64,000 nt of DNA from Mobula hypostoma (lineage: Eukaryota). Every line of letters begins with the position of its first letter. The first letter of the stretch is position 1. Below are positions 56,143 through 64,000 of this stretch, piece by piece. A program made the translations under genes and the position numbers. Where the stretch lies: positions 3,286,001 to 3,350,000 of the forward strand of contig NC_086127.1 of the NCBI RefSeq assembly GCF_963921235.1, written 5' to 3'. The notes beneath the pieces are model-generated. The model worked only from the letters and a program-made list of their open reading frames with translations. It ran no database searches and had not been told where the DNA came from.

Positions 56143-56418
56143 ACTACTCAGCACAATACCACGAACTGAACTCAACTTTACTCATCATCGAAAGACTATA
56201 TCTATTTACCCATCGACTTGAAGAACTTGGTTCTCAGATATTTTCACAATTACCGATATACTTACTTATATATAATCATTGCTAATCTGTTTGATTTATC
56301 TGCATTTATATTACTACATTCCGTAGTTACTGATAAATATTATTAGGAAATAGTAAGACCGGACTCCAAAGTGTTCTCCATTTCTGCTGTTCTTTCACGC
56401 ATCACGGGGTACGTGACA
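55390..56418 (+). mobile_element. Solo LTR (1029 bp; Gypsy/BEL-like) with 5-bp TSD
   Basis: Termini TGTGACG..CGTGACA; TSD GAGCT at 55385-55389 and 56419-56423; internal (CT)n at ~56084-56138; strand inferred from the AATAAA in the paralogous copy. Confidence 0.9.
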
Positions 56419-59400
56419 GAGCTAAAGATGGAGATGGAGGGAGGTAGAGATACATATAGAGAAATAAATAGAGATAGAGATGGAGATAGAGATAGAGAGA
56501 GATAGAAATAGACATGGAGATAGAGATAGATACAGAGAGAGAGAGAGAGAGAGAGGCGCCGGTAGAGATAGAGACAGAGACAGAGATAGAGATAGAGATG
56601 GAGATAAGGATGGAGACGGAGACAGAGATATAGATAGACCTAGATATAGAGACAGCGATAGAGACGGAACTGGAGGTAGAGAAGGAGATGGAGATGGAGT
56701 TGCGATAGAGAAAGAGATAGAGATAGAGACCGAGATAGAGACGGATATGAAGATAGAGATGATAGAGCTAGAGATAGAGAAGGAGATAGAGACGGAGATG
56801 GAAATAGAGATAGAGATACAGATGGAGATAGAGATAGATATAGAGATAGAGATACAGACCAGGATGAGAATCGAGATAGAGACAGAGATAGAGACCGAGA
56901 TAGAGATAGAGATTGAGATAGAGATAGAGACGGAGATGGATATGGAGATGTGAATATTGATAGAGATATAGGTAGAGACTGAGATAGAGCTAGAGATCGG
57001 AATGGAGATGGAAATTGAGATAGAGACAGAGACAGCGACAGAGGCAGAAATAGCAATAGAGACTGAGATTGAGATGGACATAGACATAGAGACACAGATG
57101 ATAGAGATAGAAATAGAGACGGCGATGCATAAGCAGTTAGTGATGGAGACGGCGATAGAGATGGAGAAGGAGATACAGGTAGCGATAGAGATAGAAATAG
57201 AGTTGGAGCTAAAGATGGAGATGAAGAGGGAGATAGAGATACATATAGAGAAAGAAATGGAGATAGAGATGATGAAGATTGAGATGTGGTAGAAATAGAG
57301 GCAGAGATGGAGATAGAGATAGAGAGAGTTAGAGAAGGATATAGAGATAGCGATGGAGATGGAGATGGAAATGGAGATGGAGATGGAAGTAGAGGTAGAG
57401 GTAGAGATATAAATATAGATATAGATAGAGAGAGATAGAGATAGAGATGGAGATAGAGATAGATATAGAGATACAGACAGAGTTGGAGGTGGAGATGGAG
57501 ATAGAAATAGAGATATGGACAGAGGCAGAAATAGAGATAGAGAACGAGATATGGACGGAGATAGAGATAGAGATTATAGATCATGGAGAAGGAGATAGAA
57601 ATGGAGATAAGGATGGAGATAGAGATAGAGATGGAGATAGAGATAGATATAGAAATAGAGATGGAGGCAAAGATGAGAATGGAGATAGATACAGAGATAT
57701 TGATAGAAATACAGAGCAACATGGGATATGAATAGGGACAGAGAGATAAATCGAGAAAGAGTTAGAATTACAGTTAGGGGTAGAGCTAGAAGTAGAGATT
57801 GAGTTAGGAATATGGATTGGTATAGACATAGAGACAGAGACAGGGACAGAGGCATGGGTAGAGACAGTCAGAGATAGAGATAATGTAAAGGTAGAGTTGG
57901 AGATTTAGATGGAGCCAGAGATAGAGGTGCAGATACAGACAGAGACAGAAATAATGATAGAGATTGATACAGAGATAGAGATGGAGATGGAGATGGAGAT
58001 GGAGATGGAGACAGAAATAGAGATAGGGTTAGATTTAGAGATAGAGATGGAAATGTAGATGCAAATAGCAAGAGAGGTAGATAAAGATAGAGATAGAGAT
58101 GGAGATGGATATCGGGGGAGTTGGAGATAGAGATAGAGCTAGAGAGGGATAGAGATATAGACAAAGACAGGGATAGAGATGGAGACGGAGATAGAAATGG
58201 CGATAGAGATAGAGATAGAAATAGAGCTAGAGCTAGACATAGAGATAAAGATAGACTTAGAGATAGAGATATAGATAGATGTAGAGCTGGAGTTAGAGGT
58301 AAAGATGGAGATAGAGGTAGAGTTGAGGATAGAGATGGAGATGGAGATGGAGACGAAGATAAAGATGGAGATGGCGGTAGAGATGGAGATGGAGATAGCG
58401 ATAGAGATAGAGAAAGAGATAAAGATAGAAACCGAGTTAGGGACGGATATAGAGATAGAGATGACAGAGCTAGACATAGTGATGGAGATAGAGATGGAGA
58501 TGGATATAGAGATAGAGATGGTAATAGAGATGGAAATAGAGATAGAGATAGGGATAGAGATAGAGATAGAGTTAGAGTTAGAGATAGAGTTAGAGGTAGA
58601 GACCAGGATGAGAATCGAGATAGAGACAGAGACAGAGACAGAGACAGAGACGGGGATGAAGGTGGAGATGGAAATGGAGATGAAAATGGAGATGGAGTTG
58701 GAGATAGAGATATAGATAGAGATTGAGATAAAGCTAGAGATAGGAATGGAGATGGAAATAGAGATGGAGACAAAGACAGCGGCAGATGCATAAATAGCGA
58801 TAGAGATAGAGATTGAGATGGTGATAGCGATAGAGACACAAATGATAGAGATAGAAATGAGACGGAGATAGCTATGGAGATAGTGATGGAGATGGCGATA
58901 GAGATGGAGAATGAGATACAGGCAGCGATAGAGATAGAAATAGAATTGGAGCCAAAGATGGAGATGGAGAGGAAGATAGAGATACATATAGAGAAAGAAA
59001 TAGGGATAGAGATGGAGATAGAGATGATGAAGATATAGAGATAGCGATAGAGATGGAGAAAGAGATGGAGGTAGAGATACAGATGGAGAATGAGATAAAG
59101 ATAGAGATGGATATGGAGATGGACATAGTGTTAGAGATATAGATAGAGATAGATGCAGGGAAAGATAGCGATGAAGATGGAGATAGAGACCGAAATGGAG
59201 ATAGAGATAGAGATAAAGACAGGGTTAGAGATAGAGATGGAGATAGTGGTAGAGATAGAGATAGATATAGAGATTTAGATGGAGATCGAGATCGAGATAG
59301 AGATAGAGATAGAGATAGCGATAGCGATAGAGATGTAGATGGCGATGGAGATGGTGGTAGTGATAGAGTTAGCGATAGAGATAGATATAGAGAGAGATAG

Positions 59401-60019
59401 AAATGGAGATAGAGATAGAGCTGGGGATGGAGATGGAGATGGAGATAGAGTTAGATATAGATATAGTGACAGAGATAGAGACGGAGTTTGAGGTAGAGAT
59501 GGAGACAGAGATAGGGACGGAGATAGAGATAGAGATGATAGAGCTAGACATAGAGAAGGAGATAGAGATGGAGATAGAGACGGAGATGGAGATAAAGATA
59601 GAGATGGAGATAGTGACACTGACAATGACAGAGGTAGAGATAGAGATGGAGATTGAAATGGAGATAGAGACAGCGATAGACATGGAGATATGGATAGAGA
59701 TGGAGATATAAATAGAGGGAGAGACAGAGAACGAGATTGCGATATAGATAGAGACAGGGGTAAACCATACCCGAAGGAAACATTCCTGCAGAATGTTTGC
59801 TCCTATCCAACAGGGAGAAATTTAGCTCCTAGCTAATACGTCCGTGTTGAAGAAGAATCCATCTAAGCTAGTTCATGTTGCGTTCATTTGTTCCATATCA
59901 TCCAAGCATTTTGCATCCCAGTCCTATTCTATGACTGTATGCTCCTTTCTTCTAGCAGCTCGTTCCATATGCCCTACTCCTAAGCTCAATGTCGTGACAA
60001 ATGGAGACCAACAGGCCTG

Positions 60020-60560
60020 TGTGGAAATGTTGCCCTTCAGATCCCTCCAAACATTCCCTCTCCCAACCTCAACCCTATAGACTCCACGTTTATCCGCACT
60101 GAACGAGAAGACAGGCTGTGGATATTCAGCTTGTCCGTGGCTTTCATGTGTTCCTTGACGTCCCATATCTGCTTAAGGTCACAAGTCTGTGGCCTCAGTT
60201 GTAGGTAGAAGGGCCCAAACTGTCCAGTCTCTCCTCAGAGCTCAGGCCCTTCCGTCACGATGACCTCCGCAGATTGTTTTCTGCACCCTCGGAAGCTTAC
60301 TGACATTTCCTCCAATGGCTGAGCGCTCGTAACTACATACGCTACTCTAGGCGCGGTTTCTGCAAGGACTTGTGCACCTTAGACATGACGTTCCAGACGT
60401 TGTGCTCTGCCCCAGACCAATGAAGATCAGCTTGCCAAACACTTTCTATACCACCCTGTCTGCCAGTATCAGAGAGTTATGTTTCTGTAACTCAAGGGCG
60501 CCGTGTTCTGCAATACTTCCCAGGGCCCTGGTAGTTACTGCTGGAGACCGACCACCACTT
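60020..60560 (-). mobile_element. Old CR1 3' fragment
   Basis: AATGTTGCCCTTCAGATCCCTCC..CTGTCCAGTCTCTCCTCAGAGCTCAGGCCCT..TCTGCACCCTC..CTATACCACCCTGTCT parallels the CR1 at 13560-14060. Confidence 0.65.
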
Positions 60561-61127
60561 ACCTGAACTAGTTTAATTTTACCACCTTGGTCCCTCCTCT
60601 CTATGGACACTTCCTTTTCATGTACTTGTGCAAGGCTCTTACAATCGGTGGAGCAGTGTCCACAAGACCGACGGACAGGTGTCAGCGGGACTCTCCCATC
60701 TCTATCGGATGCGGGAGGTTTGACAGGTTCGTCTACCCAGTCATGCCCTGCTCATCCGAGAGTGACTTCAAGGACCGTTGCCGGGCAAAGGTCCCGTACG
60801 CACTACTCGGGTCAGTGGAAATCTAGCTCCCGGCTTGGATCAACACCGAAACACCATGCACCACGTGATGCGCATCTGACCCCGTCCTTTCTTTGCCTGA
60901 AACTAGGCCCTGTCTGATACTGGATGTCTCACCCTCTCTGGTGCTGCAGCGCTATTGAATATGGATCACCGCCACTGCGACAAAAACTGCAGGCGATTTG
61001 ATCATTCAGCCAGATGCGGGAATGTGTCCGGACGAGACTCATAACACGAGCCGTGAATTCCGACCTCAAAAGCTTGCATTTTAGATAGAAAAAGAATGCT
61101 ACATTGTATTTTACTGCATTTTAAAAT

Positions 61128-61313
61128 TTTAGGCCTTTCTCGAGATGTTTGTCTTTCTTGGGCCGCCCCGGTGGGATGAGTTCTCTGGGGTTAGGCCGCG
61201 CTCTCGCAAACAGGTTTCTCCGCCTGCCAGATGTGACCCGGAGCTGAGAGTGACGTAACCCTCCTGAAACGCAGCCAAGCGCGAGGTTATTGTGCAGTGG
61301 CGCTCAGGCGTGA
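61128..61313. other. Unidentified CpG-rich conserved non-coding element, copy 2
   Basis: Direct-orientation paralogue of 17540-17726, offset 43,588 bp. Confidence 0.85.
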
Positions 61314-61947
61314 ACCATCGTTAACCTCGAAAATGCCGAATTAGTAACACTGCAGCCTAATCCAGGACCTGATTTACAATACACGGACTTCATCTCTCTC
61401 TCTCTATTTGGGATCAGAATCAATGTCCGTGCGCTGCCTGTGGGTCAGCACTCAGAACCTCCGTTACTCAATCCTGCTATCACTAACAGGCACTCATGTA
61501 GCTCCCTCAAGTCCTGTCCTCCCGCTCCTGGCTCTGCATGTGTACTTGTGTGGGCCTGCAACAGATTACAGTGCTGGGACAACTCGTGGAGTACCACCAC
61601 GGTCACATTCCCCAGAAAAGGCACAACTCAGGAAGATCGACATACGCATCCAGTAGGCCACTAGTTTAGAAGCAGCTAACTTTGTGCAGAGGGCAATCTA
61701 GTCGAAGAGCATAAAGGTGGGATAGCAGAGGTATGGGCCTCTCAGCCACCACTCCATGCAGCTCTTTATATCGATCTCCAAGACACTCTTTGGCCGACAA
61801 TAGGGCCACATCATTCTGTTACCCTTCTCTACCTTGCCCATTATGTCTAAACACTTCTTAAACAGCTTTTCATAGCCCTACCAAGGGGATGTCGAAAAAA
61901 TTCTGATAGTTCGGCTTGCCTATACCTCTCACAATACGACTTCCTTC

Positions 61948-62180
61948 TCAACACACACTAAATCATGGAGGAACTCAGCAGGCCAGGCAGAACCTGTGGG
62001 AAAAAGTACAGGACTGCCGAGGGGTTTCGCCCCGAAACGTCGACTGCACTGTTTTTTTTTCCCACAGATGCTGTCTGGCCTACTGAGTTCCTCCAGCATT
62101 GTGTGTGTGTGTGTGTGTGTGTATGTGTGTGTGTGTGTGGGTGTCTTGCTCGGAATTCTAGTACCTGCAGATTTTCTGTT
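61948..62180. mobile_element. Second Penelope-derived fold-back element with dead hammerhead motif and (GT)n
   Basis: Inverted arms ~61966-62005 and ~62056-62095 enclose CTGCCGA-GGGG-TTTCG-CCCC-GAAA-CGTC-GACTG (core CTGA mutated to CTGC at 62014-62017); (GT)n at ~62100-62139; ends CTGCAGATTTTCT. Confidence 0.82.
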
Positions 62181-62299
62181 ATTTATGACTTCCTTCTATT
62201 AGGTTACTACTGGGCCTCCTTCCTTCGACGCAGAAAAAGCCCAGATGATCTGATCTTTCCCGTAGTTGCAGTCCTCCAATCCAGGCAACGTCCTGTGTG

Positions 62300-63750
62300 A
62301 CGTCCTTTGAAAGAAGACGCTGCAATGTGCACCAGGCGATGGCTCTGCAACAGCGCCAGCACCCATTACACCAGCAAAGCTTCCTGCACTCGACAGAATA
62401 ACAGTGGCTACATGTCAGCCACTCTGCAGGATAGAAACCACTCTGCCAACAAGCCACGGCTCTGCAGGCAGGACAACCATGCAGCAAAAAAAAAAAAAGA
62501 AACGACTACCTGGAATCTAGTCCATCACTTTGTCTTTGAAACTTACTACAGTACAAGCAAGCACTTCTTGGAAACAGCACAATTGCACACCCGCAATTCC
62601 CAAGTGCAAATACACTTTCTGTCCACGACACCTTTCAAACAAGCTGCAACAGTACAGACCATATACCAACCATAAAAACAGATCAACCATGCTGGAAACG
62701 GGACACCCTCGTGGAACATCTCAATCAAGCTGCAAGAGAAAAAAAAATCACACTGCCAGCCCGTCTACAATGCCTCCAAGACATCACCCACATGCAAACA
62801 AAATAAAACAGTCTGCCAGCACCTCATTCACCCTTTAGACAATAGGGCCGGGCTACAAAAGGATCAAGCAGCTCCTAAGTTTAGATCCTAACAGTGGTAA
62901 AGGATCCAATTGGTTCTTCGGCTTCACTGCAAACCTCAGCCAGAGCGCCCTTGCAAGGTTTTCAATCAAACTTCAGGGAAGTCAAGCCCCTGTCAACAAG
63001 CCCAGCGCATTGCCAAACGTCAAGCATTCTGAAAAGTGGTTGACCAGCATACAGGTGGGTGAACGGACACGACAAAATGATGCAAATCTAAAAATAACCT
63101 GACAGTCCTGTAGTCAGATCGACGGCCATTTGCACATGTCACTGACACAATCAACACTGAGGCAGCAGACAGAAGAGCAAACGCCTTGTAATTTAGACAA
63201 GTAGGCGGGTACATCAATTGACCAACCTTCAGACAGACAACCATTCTGTGATCAAGTCAACCACCTCGATAACAGGCCATTCACGCTGCAATTAGACAAC
63301 ATGTAAATCAACTAATCTGACAAACTCTGAATTCAGTTTAGCAACCCTTTTTGCAGATCAACCACACTGCGAACAGCTAGGTAGATTTACAAGAACAACA
63401 CGTACAAGTAGGCGACCACTACCAGACAGATAAACGCTGGGTAAACAACTCAGCTGTGCTGCAGACGAACAACCAACCTGCAGGCCAATTCAACCATCTG
63501 GCAAGTCTGTCAAAGAAACTATAAGGAGATTAACTACCTACGGCCAGGTCAAACAGCCACCCAGCAAGCATGTAAAACTGCAAACAAATAAACATTAGAT
63601 CAGCTCACGCACCCCGAACGCAAGGTAGAAACAGTACAGACATGTCAAGACATATTACAAACAAGATAACAACCCTCCATTCAGCCAGCCCGCGCACTGG
63701 AACTCGGCCAAGCGAGGTGAAGACAATTCAAATCGAGCTTCAAGACAATT
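62300..63750 (+). repeat. Highly degenerate A/C-rich short-period repeat
   Basis: Recurrent CAACCAC(A/C)CTGC, CAGCCACTCTGCA, AGACAA and AAACCACTCTGCC fragments at roughly 20-bp scale. Confidence 0.55.
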
Positions 63751-64000
63751 TGTCATGGTCCGGTCCGTGAAATCTGCATTCCGGTTCACGGTCCGGTCCG
63801 TGGACTCAAGACTCCGGGTTTTCCAGCTGTCCCTTGCTCTGATGGAGTTAAGCATAGGCACCTGATTCCCATCTTGGGGCTTGGAATATAAGTAGCCTTT
63901 GGGTTGAGTTGTGGGCTGCTGGTTTGTCTCGTCAGTCCCACTTAGATCAACCTGCCTGTGGAACGCTAGCGTGGTCATTTGCCATCTTTAGGCCGCGTTG
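63751..64000 (+). mobile_element. Start of an LTR (Gypsy-like), cut by the window edge
   Basis: Abrupt composition change at TGTCATGGTCCGGTCCGTG; internal repeat GGTCCGGTCCGTG; CACCTG box followed by TATAAG, an arrangement common in fish Gypsy LTRs. Confidence 0.65.

Larger units (their letters stand above)
25838..59757 (+). repeat. ~34-kb purine-rich hexamer satellite (GAGATA/GAGATG/GAGACA) with higher-order repeats
   Basis: Continuous hexamer periodicity with pure runs (e.g. 26484-26530); recurrent non-hexamer landmarks such as GACAGGCTCAGAAATAGCGATAG and GAGCTAAAGATGG. Confidence 0.97.

Noticed and set aside
53618-56418. Full-length LTR retrotransposon bounded by two LTRs
   Set aside because: The interval is pure satellite with no PBS, PPT or gag/pol, and the right LTR has its own TSD on both sides.
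25959-59711. SI-, EI/EM-, RD- and LS-dipeptide ORFs up to 733 aa
   Set aside because: Direct consequence of the GAGATA/GAGATG hexamer; several cross N gaps; no domains.
17540-61313. rDNA repeat (43.6-kb spacing resembles a mammalian rDNA unit)
   Set aside because: No 18S, 5.8S, 28S or 5S sequence anywhere in the window.
59844-63978. Short ORFs at the right end as host exons
   Set aside because: No recognisable domains; they overlap decayed CR1, Penelope, simple-repeat and LTR sequence.

Overview
Eukaryotic, gene-free, repeat-dominated window, most likely heterochromatin of a cartilaginous fish (probably a ray/batoid, inferred from its CR1, Rex1/Babar and Penelope-like repeat families). No host protein-coding gene, rRNA, tRNA or CRISPR array is supportable; nearly all ORF-track calls are translations of satellite DNA. 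Layout: (1) 1-13.3 kb, a 28-bp satellite that switches strand several times and carries RTE-related, Penelope-like and CR1 insertions; (2) 13.3-25.8 kb, decayed CR1, Rex/Babar and Penelope fragments; (3) 25.8-59.8 kb, a ~34-kb purine-rich GAGATA/GAGATG hexamer satellite with higher-order structure, three N gaps, three non-LTR insertions and a solo LTR with a 5-bp TSD plus a truncated duplicate; (4) 59.8-64 kb, further decayed repeats and the start of another LTR. The most notable signals are four Penelope-associated minimal hammerhead ribozyme motifs (one apparently intact, two inside fold-back elements, one with a TSD-like flank) and an unidentified CpG-rich ~187-bp non-coding element present twice, 43.6 kb apart, better conserved than its homologous flanks. 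I did not find a clearly new multi-gene system.
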